From Mobula hypostoma (taxonomy: Eukaryota): a stretch of DNA of 64,000 nt. Location of the stretch: NCBI RefSeq assembly GCF_963921235.1, contig NC_086109.1:29328001-29392000 (forward strand), given 5' to 3'. The notes below the pieces were generated by a model that had not been told where the DNA came from, did no database searches, and saw nothing but the letters and a program-made list of their open reading frames with translations. Made by a program: the position numbers and the translations under genes. The stretch's first letter is position 1; each line of letters begins with the position of its first letter. Shown here in pieces: positions 39,225 to 50,976 of this stretch.

Positions 39225-39770
39225 TGTTATGGTTTGCTACTCAAAACTAATTGAAAGAAAAACAAGAGAGCCCGAGAGATGCATATAAACGTCATTTTTA
39301 CGTTAAGTGAGGCATGCACATGTGATGTGTTGGAATGATGACATATGTCATTCACGTACTTCTACATATGACCATTAATGAATTTTTTTAAACAACAAAG
39401 AATGCTTAATCAAACAATATTTTTACAACATTAATCAAATATTAAATACACAACATGCCTCCCTGCTTAGCAATAAACTCCAACTCAATATAGAAAGCAT
39501 ATCAAATTATATATAAGGCAACAACTATATAGACATCAATAACATAGTAAATTTTAAATTGTCCCATTCAGGCCTAAAGATTTAATCACTGTGGAGGATC
39601 TTACTCTTGTGGGATAATGTCTTTCCTGACAAGGGGATGTCACTCTGCAAGATAAGTGAAATAATCACAGGTTCTGGGGCTTATGTGGTGGTTGTAGAAA
39701 TTGACTCTAGAACCACTGGAAGTGGTTCCAACAGCTCTGGGCACCTTCCTTCTGGATGTGTTGGCATCCC
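39225..39770 (-). mobile_element. 3' end of a Ty3/Gypsy LTR retrotransposon (LTR 39225-39455, PPT, pol C-terminus)
   Basis: TG...CA block preceded on the minus strand by a purine-rich PPT (AAGCAGGGAGGCA). Upstream sequence translates, with a frameshift, as ERHYPTRVR.PPQ.LNL*, a typical Gypsy integrase tail. Confidence 0.72.
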
Positions 39771-40104
39771 AGACCAACTGACAAGGCTTTGCACTAATGC
39801 TTTCATTTTGACTGTGTCTATATGACCGACATGAAGCCCTCCAACAATTTAGCTCTCAACTTGGACAGTACGACGGCTCTCAATCCCCACGTAAGGTAAC
39901 CTCCGTCAAGAGCAAGTTCATCCCAGCACTGATAAAAATGGGGGATCTGGAATTTTGTTGCACAATCTAGCCGTTTGGGTGGCCATGTACTCTACACCTG
40001 AAACAGAGCCCATCTCTGCATTTGTGCTGCTGCTGTCACTACATAGGACTAGTTTGGTAATTGCAGGCTCTTGGATTGGAGCTTCACCCGCTGATAGCCC
40101 ACGT

Positions 40105-40320
40105 GAATAACAAAGGAGCAATGTGCTGGGAGGAATTAATGGGTCAAGCAGCATTTGTGGGAGGAAAGGAAGAGATAACATTTCCAGACGAAACCCTGCA
40201 TCAGGACATATCAAGGAGGAAAGAAAATTCTTTTCCTCCCTCAGATGCTGTTTGACCTACTGAGTTCCTGCCACAGACTACTGGTTGCTCTGAACTCCAG
40301 CACCTGCAGTGTTCTGTGTG
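40105..40320. mobile_element. Old inverted Penelope terminal-repeat pair
   Basis: GGGTCAAGCAGCATTTGTGGGAGGAAAGGAA...TTCTTTTCCTCCCTCAGATGCTGTTTGACC; degenerate core GTCCTGATGCAGGGTTTCGTCTGGAAATG on the minus strand. Confidence 0.7.
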
Positions 40321-41189
40321 CCCTGAATGACGTTGATCACTTTCAACAGAATTTGAAGCATACTTAAATGACTTACGGACCAGCTGTAGCTCATTTGGTA
40401 AAACCTTTCGTTCTAATTCAGATAATATTAGGGTTCATTTCAGATTAATGGTACAACATTCTAGGTTGACGTTTAAATGCAGAGTGCAATGTTAATAGAG
40501 ATGTTATTTTTCAGAAGAAATATTAAACCAAACCATTTCCTATATTTCACTGTAACTATGCTGCCAAAATTTAAAAGTAATTCATTAGCTCCAAACAGTT
40601 ATGGATATTTTGAAAAAGATGTGGAAAAAACATGCAAATACAAGTCTTTCTTTGTCCACACTCACACTTACACACACGTGTTTGTACACACTTACACATG
40701 TTTAGTATGAAAATGTTAATTAAAATGGATACATACAAAGGAAACATAAATTTAACCTGTCTCCAAACTAAGGCACCTTATTTAGAATAATTGGTCTTTA
40801 CTAATGATGCAATCAACAGTTAAATAATGTAATTTTAGAATTCAATGACAAAATATCTTCTTAGGTGGTCACCAAGGATCAACAATGCTTGGCTCGCACT
40901 CTGATTCTGTGGGTTCTGAAGATACAAAACGTAAAACATGTACCTCCAGGTTCAAGAATAGCTTCTACTCACTGCTATCAGAATCTTAACCTCACTCTCT
41001 GCATCATTATGATCTTGCACTTTATTGTCTACCTACATTGCACTTTCTCTGTAGCTGTTGCACGTTTCCCTGCATTGTTATTCTTCCTCACTGTAGTGCG
41101 CAATGATTTGTTCTGTATAAACAGTATGCAAAACAAACTTTTCACTGTATCTTTGTATATGTCAATTCCAATTCTACCAGGAGGTGTTT

Positions 41190-41460
41190 GATGGGATGGG
41201 GTAGTGGATACTTTGAATAGTGATAGATTTCTTCTGCCCTTTACATAAAGGCTTGTGTATCTCCTGATGCATTGATGAATGGACATCTTTGTCAGCATCA
41301 TCCCAAAAGCTCCTTCTCTAACTTGAGCATTCAGGAGCCAAGGAACTACCGGGAGTCGATTTGGATGACCTGATTTTTGCTCAAGGAGGCTTTGAAAGTA
41401 TCTTTGAATCTTCCCCTCTGTCTGCCTTATAATCCTTTCCCTTAACGGAGCTCAGAAGAA
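41190..41460 (-). mobile_element. Decayed RTE LINE ORF 3' fragment
   Basis: The minus strand encodes ...RFKDTFKASL, matching the RTE C-terminal GGQRKRFKDTLKASL motif. Confidence 0.6.
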
Positions 41461-42030
41461 TATAGGCAAAGAGATTAGCTCTCAGTTCAAAGCAAAAGGC
41501 AGCAACCTAATATAGATAAATTAGGTGAATCTCCTACTTAGCAGATGGCAGTGGGCACAAGTGCAGAACATTGGAGATTATGAAAATAGACACACTTATA
41601 TAATATCAAAGACTATCCAGTGAGTTTGTAGGTGTTACTCTATCCAGTAAGAGAAAGCAGATCAAGAAATAAACCCAAAGATCATAACTGATTACTTAAC
41701 ATTTTGAAATTTTTATATGTTATTTGTGGTTTTGGATTATGTGTCTGCGAAGTTCCTGGAGATGATTTTCAAAATTGATTGCAGCAGGTAAAGAATTAAT
41801 GCTGATGCTGTCTTAAAAGGATCTCCAGACTGAGTATACTACAGAAATTATAAAAAACATTGATATACTTTTTTTCTGGTATTACATGTCCAGTTTTAGT
41901 TTTTGTAAATAAAGGATATTAAATCAGCAAAAAAAAAGAAATATGAAGATCTCAAAAAAAAGATTGTTGATTTTGAGCAAACACTTGGAATTGCTGTTTT
42001 TAAATAATGAAATATGTAGTCTGTTTAAGA

Positions 42031-42110
42031 CAGATGTTCTCAACCTTTTTTATGCCATGGATCCCTACCATTAGCCAAGTGGTCTGCAGACCCCAGTTTG
42101 GGAACCTCTG
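42031..42110. mobile_element. 80-bp hAT-like MITE
   Basis: Imperfect inverted ends CAGATGTTCTCAACCT / AGTTTGGGAACCTCTG. Confidence 0.6.
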
Positions 42111-43601
42111 GCAGGTTATTTGTGATGAAGCAACCTAGTCGAAGTACTGCCGAAGGGATTTGGCCCGATACGTCGACTGTACTTTTTTTCCTGGCTGGCC
42201 TGCTGAGTTCCTCCAGGAATTTGTGTGTCTTGCTCAGATTTCCAGCAACTGCAGATTTTCTCGTTAGTCAAAGTACTGATGCCCAATTGTGATAGAGACA
42301 CAGATATTTTCACAATTTTTAATGGAAGCAAAGCTGCAAGGTATTTTACTTACTTCTCAGGAAATAGATGATCCTCAAAAGCCACATTTGTGGCCATTCT
42401 TTGGTGCTTCAGGTATGGGCTGGCCGGAAAAGAAACCTAATGTAAAATGTCAAAGAAAATGCCAAATATCTGCATGAATTGCATACGCGTACACAAGTTC
42501 TTAACATAGAGTCATATATTAATACAGTATGGAAACAAGTCCTTTGCCCAACTCATCCATGGTGACCAACAACCTACTACATTTGCCCATGTTTGGCCCA
42601 TATCCCTCTAAACCCCTCCATCCATGTATTTTAAATATTTTAATAAATGGCAAAAATAGTGCAGATGCCAGAAATCTGAAACAAAAATACAAAATCCTGG
42701 AAATAACAGATCAAACCGCAACTATGGAAAGAAAAGCATTTAACACTTCAGATAGGGGGATCCTTATCATGTTAGCAGTTGTTTTTGGAGGGAATGGTGA
42801 CACATGCTTGCTGTCTATACCATCTGTCTCCTGAATTCAGGAGGTGGATGGTCATTGTGATTCCTTTCATAGGGTCATAGGGTCATAGAGTCACGGAGTC
42901 ATACAACAGACCTTTCTGCTCCCTATGCCCATGTCTACTGTTGTACTTACTATACTTATCCCATTTCCCTACATTTGGTCATCAGCCTTCTAAGTCTTAA
43001 TGATTCAAGTGCTTGTCCAGTTGCTGCTTAAATGTGAGAATATCTGACTTTGCCGCCTTTATGGGTAATGCATTCCAGATTCCACACACTCGCTCTGGGA
43101 AAAGATTCCTACTCAAATTCCTCTAAGCCTCCTACATCTTGCGATACACACAAAATGCTGGAGGAACTCAGCAGGCCAGGCAGAATCTGTGGAAAAAAAA
43201 GTACAGTCAACCTACTTCAAACCTCTTGCCTTGTTTGAGATAAACCAACCAAGGGAAAAAAGGTTCTCACTATCCACCCTATTGATCCCCTCATAACTTT
43301 ATGTGCATCTGTCAGGTCACTCCTCTGCCCGTTCCATTCCCTGGGAAATTGACTTAGCTGTTATAACTATCCTTACAACTGAAATGTTCCAACTACAGGC
43401 AATGTTCTGGTAAATACCTTTTGCACCCTATTCAAAAGTTCAGATGTCAAAAGTTCAAAGTAAATGATGATCAAAGTAAGCATATTTCACCATAACTACC
43501 TTGAGATTTATTTTCTTCTGGGCATTCACAAAGAAATACAATAGCATGAATCAAAAACTACTATATATCCTTTCTATAGTGTAGTGACCAGACAGTCACA
43601 C

Positions 43602-44733
43602 GAGGGAGATGTCCTCCTTTTTTAAAGAAAGGGGCTTCCCTTCCTCCACTATCAACTCTGCTCTCAAACGCATCTCCCCCATTTCACGCACATCTGCTCT
43701 CACTCCATCCTCCCGCCACTCCACTAGGAATAGGGTTCCCCTGGTCCTCACCTACCACCCCACCAGCCTCCGGGTCCCACATATTATTCTCCGTAACTTC
43801 CGCTACCTCCAACGGGATCCCACCATTAAGCACATCTTTCCCTCCCCCCGCTCTGCTTTCCGCAGGGATCGCTCCCTACACGACTTTCTTGTCCATTCGT
43901 CCGCCCCATCCCTCCCCACTGATCTCCCTCCTGGCACTTATCCTTGTAAGTGGAACAAGTGCTACACATGCCCTTACACTTCCTCCCTTACCACCATTCA
44001 GGGCCCCAGACAGTCCTTCCAGGTGAGGCGACACTTCACCTGTGAGTCGGCTGGGGTGATATACTGCGTCCGGTGCTCCCGATGTGGCATTCTATATATT
44101 GGAGAGACCCGACGCAGACTGGGAGACCGCTTTGCTGAACACCTAAGCTCTGTCCGCCAGAGAAAGCAGGATCTCCCAGTGGCCACACATTTTAATTCCA
44201 CATCCCATTCCCATTCTGACATGTCTATCCACGGCCTCCTCTACTGTAAAGATGAAGCCACACTCAGGTTGGAGGAACAATAGCTTATATTCTGTCTGGG
44301 TAGCCTCCAACCTGATGGCATGAACATCGACTTCTCTAACTTCCGCTAATGCCCCCCCTCCCCCTCGTACCCCATCCGTTATTTATTTTTATACACACAT
44401 TCTTTCTCTCACTCTCCTTTTTCTCCCTCTGTCCCTCTGACTATACCCCTTGCCCATCCTCTTGTTTCCCCCCCCCCGTCTTTCTCCCCGGACCTCTTGT
44501 CCCATGATCCTCCCATATCCCCTTTGCCAATCACCTGTCCAGCTCTTGGCTCCATCCCTCCCCCTCCTGTCTTCTCCTATCATTTTGTATCTCCCCCTCC
44601 CCCTCCCACTTTCAAATCTCTTACTAACTCTTCCTTCAGTTAGTCCTGACGAAGGGTCTCAGCCTGAAACGTCAAGTGTACCTCTTCCCAGAGATGCTGC
44701 CTGGCCTGCTGCGTTCACCAGCAACTTTGATGT
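43602..44733 (+). mobile_element. 5'-truncated Penelope-like element (GIY-YIG endonuclease region plus terminal repeat), 9-bp TSD, nested in an old CR1
   Basis: TSD CAGTCACAC at 43593-43601 and 44734-44742; contains the ORF below, a CT-rich 3' UTR and a hammerhead motif at 44642-44677. Confidence 0.93.
43609..44349 (+). pseudogene. Penelope ORF C-terminus: RT thumb/linker, CCHH zinc-finger-like motif and GIY-YIG endonuclease
   Basis: FFKERGFP..RVPLVLTYHP..PCKWNKCYTC..HFTCESAGVIYCVRCSRCGILYIGETRRRLGDRFAEHL..VATHFN. After one premature TAG (44281) the frame continues LIFCLGSLQPDGMNIDFSNFR*. Confidence 0.92.
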
Positions 44734-45436
44734 CAGTCACACATTCTCAATGTGTGGCATAACCAATGTTTTAAAAAGCTGTGACATGATGTTCCTACTC
44801 TTATATTCTATGCCATTAACAATAAAGCCAAGTATTTCTTAGTGCCTTCTAATAAACCACTCAATTTTCCAGTGCTGCCATTTACAGGGATCTATGGACC
44901 CCTTCCCCAGCGTTAATGTACCTTATAGCAGTTCCACTTGCTGTCTATGTCTTACCCTTATTAATCATTTCACACTCATCAAGATTGAACTAGTTGAATG
45001 AGAGAAATTTTGCTTTACATTTGAGAATCAAGATAGACATAAAAAGAATTGGCTTTATATGTCTTAGTACATTTTTTGCTTACTTTCATGAATAGAGGAA
45101 GCCATACCTGTTTGTAACAATTGTTTGCTCTGAAGCATTGACCCAGATTGAATTAATTTTCAAATATGAAATCCGTCTGGTTAAAACAAAGAGCCGCTGA
45201 GCTTTATGGTTGCAAAAGGGCTCAATGTTTAAGGTGAGTTCAGCAATCTAATTTTGAACAAGAAGGATGACACAGTACCACAATTAAATCAATAACCTAG
45301 GGTTGAGGGAAAGGAAACTGACAAGGCTTCCTATTCCTGATGATCATCCAGTGACTGCAATTGACAGCATGTGTGTGTCAATGTCAAGGAAGGACAAATC
45401 TGCTTTTCCTCTGAATGAAGGCTGATTGTTAATAAA

Positions 45437-46890
45437 ACCATAAGACCATAAGACACAGGAGCAGACTTAGGCCACTCGGCCCAGTGAGTCTGCTCCGCCA
45501 TTCCATCATGTCTGATTTATTATCTCTCCTCAGAACCTTTGATGCCCTGGTTAATCAAAAAGCTATCAACCTCCATGTTAAATATACCCAATGAACTGGC
45601 CTGCACAGCTGTCCATGGCAATGAATTCTACAGATTCCCCACCCACTGACTAAAGAAATTTTTCCTCATCTCTGTTCCAAATGGACACCCCTCAATTCTG
45701 AGGCTGTGTCCGCTGGTCCTAGATGCCCCTGCTATAGGAAGCATTCTCTACACTTCCACTCTGTCTTGGCCTTTCAATATTTGATAGGTTTCAATGAGAT
45801 TCACCTTCATTCTTTTAAACTCCAATGAGTACAGCCCAGAGTAAACAAATGCTCCTCATATGTTAAACCTTTCATTCCCAGAATCATTCTGCTGCACCTC
45901 CTATGGACCCTCTCTAATGCCAGTACATCTTTTTTAAGATAAGGGACCCAAAACAGCTCACAATACTCCGAGTGTAGTCTGACAAAAGCCTTACAAAGCA
46001 TCAGCATTACATCCTTGCTTTTATATTCTCGTCCTCTGAAAATGAATGCTAACATTGCATTTGCCTTTCTTACCACTGACTAAATCTGCAAATTAAACTT
46101 TAGGGAATTCTGTACAAGGACTCCCAAGCCTCTTTGCACCTCTGATTTTTTGAATTTTATCCGCATTTAGAAAATAGTTCACATCTTTATTCCTTATTCC
46201 AAATTACATGACCATTCACTTCCCTACACTATATTCTATCTGCCACTTCTTTGTCCATTCTCCCAATCTGTCTAAGTCCTCCTGCAGACACCCTGCTTCC
46301 TCAACACTACCTGCCCCTCCACCTACCTCTGTATCCACAACTTGGGCACAAAACCATCAATCGCTTTATCTAAATCATTAACATATAACATGAATAGAAG
46401 CGGTCTCAACATTGACCCCTGTGACACACCACTAGTCACCAGCAGCCAACCAGAAGAAGCTCCCTTTATTCCCACTCTTTGCCTACTGAGAATCAGCCAC
46501 TGCTAGTATCTTTCCTGTAATACCATGGGTTCTTAACTTGTTGAGCAGCCTCAAGTGTAGCACCTTGTCAAAGGTCTTCCGGATATCAAAGTACACAACG
46601 TCAACTGATTCTCCTTTGTCTATACTTCTTGCTATTTCTTCAGAGAATTCTAGCAGATTTGTCAGGCAAGATTTTCCCTTGAGGAAATCATGCTGACTGT
46701 GGCCTATTTTATCATGTGCCTCCAAGTACCACGAAACCTCAAATATTAACAACGTCTTTCCAATCATTGATTAGAAACCCCTAGGCCTGAGTCGACGTAG
46801 TAGTTGTAGTAGTAGTCCAATCACTGAAGTCAGGCTAACTGGCCTATAATTTCCTTTCTTCTCCCTCCCTTCTTAAACAGTCGAGTGATA
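45437..46890 (-). mobile_element. CR1 LINE RT and 3' end, (CTTATGGT)n tail
   Basis: ORFs SQHDFLKGKSCLTNLLEFSE..VDVVYFDIRKTFDKV and KANAMLAFI.RG.EYKSKDVML. Confidence 0.92.
46771..46815 (+). mobile_element. 45-bp (TAG)n-tailed retro-insertion with 12-bp TSD (one mismatch)
   Basis: TCCAATCATTGA [TTAGAAACCCCTAGGCCTGAGTCGACGTAGTAGTTGTAGTAGTAG] TCCAATCACTGA. Confidence 0.85.
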
Positions 46891-47126
46891 TTTGTATCTT
46901 ATAGTTTAATAGAAGTCCTAAAAGTTATGGAAGGTTTGAAAGAGTAGATGGTGAGAGAATGTTTTAATTTTTGACACTGAGCATAACGAAGAGCCATCAA
47001 TATTAAGTAGTCACCAATGAATCCATTTGGGAATTCAAGAGGATACTTCTATACCTCAAGGAGAGGTGAGAACCTAGAAATCCCCAGCATGATGTGGATG
47101 AACCCTGGTAAATCGCTGAATCACTG

Positions 47127-47770
47127 ACTTCCGGTCAAGATGGCGCCAGCGAACAACGATTCATAGAGCGACATCTACAGATAGCAAATCCTTCCAATTA
47201 TTTCACTTTTTCTATACCTTCTGCTTGTTTTTTTTTTGTCTTGTTTGTGTTATGGAAACTGTTGGAGCCTGTGATGTACAGTTTGAATCTGGATTAAAGG
47301 ATCCAGCGCTAAGCTGTGTATGGAGAGCTGCCTCATGGAAATCAGAGATAGAGGGACCGAAAAGTCCGAGAACAGAAGCTGACTCATGGAAAAGACCAAA
47401 GATGATGTGTGGAGTCATGAACTTGTCCATCTCAAAGCGGTGAGGAAGATTGAAGCATCGAGGTGAGTGCAGAGGGATGAGCAATGGCTCCCGACAGACA
47501 CAGTCAGCAGCCAGATTGGCGAGTTTGGTCCAGATCAGTGTGTTCGTCCAGGATTGGTGGTCACTCTTACAGAATGGCTGCTTTCCTAATACGCAGACGA
47601 AAAGATGTTTCCCATATGAGACTATTGGACTGTACTTCATAATGGTTTCCTTCAGTTTTTCAGTGTGTTTTCTTTCCTGTGGACAATTGGCGGGTGGATG
47701 ATCTGTTAATTTTTGGTGTGTAAGAGAGTGTTTTGGGGTTTGGTGCTACTGTCACCATTCTTTTCTATGT
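47127..47770 (+). mobile_element. Non-autonomous element headed by ACTTCCGGTCAAGATGGCGCC
   Basis: Homologous in reverse complement to 17560-18115 (CCTGTGATGTACAGTTTG..GGATCCAGC vs GCTGGATC..CAAACTGTAAATCACAGG). Confidence 0.6.
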
Positions 47771-47874
47771 GAAGGGATCGTGGTCACACAACCTGGCACA
47801 TCTAGCAGTCAAATGTCATCCTTTCTATCTGCAAAGGGAGTTCTCTGCCTCATCCTAGTAGTGGTTAAAGAAGT

Positions 47875-49745
47875 CCATAGTGAAAAATACATTCAGAATG
47901 AGGTTAGAGACAGAATCAAATGCTTGGCAGCTCTGGCAGGGTTTGCAGGCCATTACGTCCTACAAATGGAAACCTAATGTCATGAATGGCAGTGATGTTT
48001 CACTCCCAGATGAGCTCAGTGCCTTTTATGCACACTTGGAAAGGGAGAATAAAACTACAGCTATGCAAATCCCTGCAGATTCCAGAGCCCCTGAGATTTC
48101 TGTCTTGGAGATCGACATCAGAACATTTTTCAAGAGGGTGAAGCCTTGCAAGTCATCAGGCCCTGATATTGTACCTGGTAAGGCTCTGAAAACCTGTGCC
48201 AACCAATTGGCGAGAGAGTTCAAGGACATCTCTAATCTCCTACTGTTGCAGTCAGAAGTTCCGACTGGCTTCAAAAGAGTGATAATCATACCAGTGCCTA
48301 AGAAGAGCAGGATGAGCTGCCTCAGTGAGCATCACCCAGCGTCACGCATACCAACTGCAATGAAATGCTTTGAGAGTTTGGTCATGGGTGGAAACAACTT
48401 CTGCCTAAGCTAGGACCTGTTGTTGTTGTTCCTCTCCATACATGGTGGAGTATCGGGGGGGAACCTTGCCATTTCTTTAGAACTTATCTTTTTTAACAAG
48501 GCCGAGTTGCCAGCTCAATGCCAACCCAGCATGGATGGAAAGTGCTCAAGGAGCCGGCCGGGACCACTCACCTCGAACTCCGATGCAGATACCACCTCAC
48601 CACCGGCCGGCACAAGCAAGGACCTGGGCCCACTGCAATCTGCCTATCACAACGGGTGTACACTGGATACAATATCATTGGCTCTCCACTTGGCCTTAGA
48701 TCACCTGCAAAATAGTAATACTTACACCAGGCTGCTGTTTATTGACCACAGCTCAGTGTTTATATCCTTACTTCCAATTAAAAAGCTAAAAAATCTGAGC
48801 CTCTGTGTCTCTCTCTGCTGCTGGATCTTGAATTCCTCACTGGGAGACCACAGTCTGCGTGATTTGGAAATAACGTTTCCTTCTCGGTGACAATCAACAC
48901 TGGCACACCTCAGAGATGTGTGTTTAGCCTACTGCTCTACTCTCTACACCCTTGACTGTGTGGCAAGGCGCAGCGCAAATTCCATCTATAAATTTGTGGA
49001 CGACACAACTATTGTTGGCAGAATTTCAGATGCTGAGGAGGTGGCATACAGGAGTGAGATAGATCAGCTAGTTGAGTAGTACCAAGGCAATATCCTTGCA
49101 CTCAACATCAGTAAATCCTAGAAGTTGAGGGAAAACACACTAGTTCTCATCAAGGGATCAGAAGTGGAAAGGATGAGCAATTTTGAGTTCCTGGGTGTCA
49201 ATGTGTCTGAAAATTACAAAAAAGACTGGACAGCAGATATATTTCATAAGGAATCTGAGCAGAACTGGTACGTCACCAAAGACACTTGCAAATTTCTACA
49301 GACGTACAATGGAGAGTATTCTCACTGGTTGCATCACTATCTGGTATGGGGGGCCCATTTGCACAGGATCAGAAAAGCTGAAGAAAGTTGTAAACTCAGC
49401 CAGCTCCATTACAGGCACTAGCCTCCCCAGCATTCAAAAGACACCATCTATCATTAAGGACCTCCTTTCACCTAAGACCTGTCCTCTTCTCATTGCTACC
49501 CTCAAAGAGGAGGTATAGGAGCCTGAAGACACACACTCAATGTTTCAGGAACAGCTTATTTCCCTCCACCATCAGATTTCTAAATGGACATTGAGCCCAC
49601 GAACTCTTGCTTCCTCAGTAATTTTTCCCTCTCTTTTTTCACTACTTATTTATTTTATTAATATATATATATTTTTTTTTTTATTTTAATATATAGTGTC
49701 TACTATTATGCATTACAATGTACTGCTGCCGCAAAACAACAAATT
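47875..49745 (+). mobile_element. Rex/Babar LINE ORF2 3' half; its tail resumes at 50977-51022 after the CR1 insertion
   Basis: ORF 47880..48413 (WQGLQAITSYK..LPDELSAFYA..KSSGPDIVPGKALKTCANQLA..IIPVPKK..MKCFESLV), then YKFVDDTT and ESILTGCITIWYG. Confidence 0.93.
48420..48613 (-). mobile_element. tRNA-headed SINE with (ACA)n tail inserted in the Rex LINE, 13-bp TSD
   Basis: AAGCTAGGACCTG (48407-48419) / AAGCAAGGACCTG (48614-48626). The minus strand begins with GCCGGCCGGTGGTGAGGTGG and ends GGAACAACAACA. Confidence 0.78.
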
Positions 49746-50976
49746 TAGAAACATAGAAATATAGAAAACCTACAGCAGAATGCAGGACCTTCACCCCACA
49801 AAGTTGTGCCGAACATGTCCCTACCTTAGAAATTACCAGGCTTACATATAGCCCTCTATTTTTCTAAGTTGCGTGTACTTATCCAAAACTCTCTTAAAAG
49901 ACCCTATCGTATCCACCTCCACCATCGTTGTCCATCCCATGCACTCACCACTCTCTGTGTAAAAAACTTACCCCTGACAATTCCTCTGTACCTACTCCCC
50001 AGCACTTTAAACCTGTGTCCTCTTGTGGCAACCATTTCAGCCCTGGGAAAAAGCCTCTGACTATCCACATGATCTATGCCTCTCATCATCGTATACACCT
50101 CCATCAGGGCACCTCTCATCCTCCGTCACTCCAAGGAGAAAAGGCCGAGTTCACTCAACCTATTCTCATCAGGCATGCTCCCCAATCCAGGCAACATCCT
50201 CGTAAATCTCCTCTGCACCCTTTCTATGGCTTCCACATCCTTCCTGTAGTGAGGCAACCAGAACTGAGCACAATACTCGAAGTGGGGTCTGACCAGGGTC
50301 CTATATAGCTGCAACATTACCTCTCGGCTCCTAAGTTCAATTCCACGATTAATGAAGGCGAATACACCATACGCCTTCTTAACCACAGAGTCAACCTACA
50401 CAGCTGCTTTGAGCGTCCTATGGATTCGGACCCCAAGAGCCCTCTGATCCTCCACACTGCCAAGAGTCTTACCATCAATACTATATTCTGCCATCATATT
50501 TGGCCTACCAAAATGAACCATCTCCAACCTTTGTGTCATCAGCAAACTTACTAACCCATCCCTCCACTTCCTCATCCAGGTCATTTATAAAAATCACAAA
50601 GAGTAAGGGTCCCAGAACAGATTCCTGATGCACTCCACTAGTGACCAAACTCCATGCAGAATATGACCCGTCTACAACCACTCTTTGCTTTCTGTGGGCA
50701 AGCCAGTTCTGGATCCACAAAGCAATGTCTCCTTGGATCCCATGCCTCCTTACTTTCTCAATAAGCCTTGCATGGGGTACCTTATCAAATGCCTTGCTGA
50801 AATCCATATGCACTACACCTACTGCTCTTCCTTCATCAATGTGTTTGTTCACTTCCTCAAGAAATTCAGTCAGGCTCGTAAGGCACGACCAGCCCTTGAC
50901 AAAGCCATGCTGACTATTCCTAATCATATTATACCTCTCCAAATGTTCATAAATCCTGCCTCTCAGGATCTTCTCC
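49746..50976 (-). mobile_element. Young CR1 LINE 3' part (same subfamily as 26634-27775)
   Basis: ORF 50505..51041 reads [61 protein letters not shown]. Confidence 0.95.

Noticed and set aside
46778..46800. Clustered restriction-like palindromes (CCTAGG, AGGCCT, GTCGAC) suggesting a vector polylinker
   Set aside because: Both occurrences have long target-site duplications and variable (TAG)n tails, which fits retrotransposition better than contamination.
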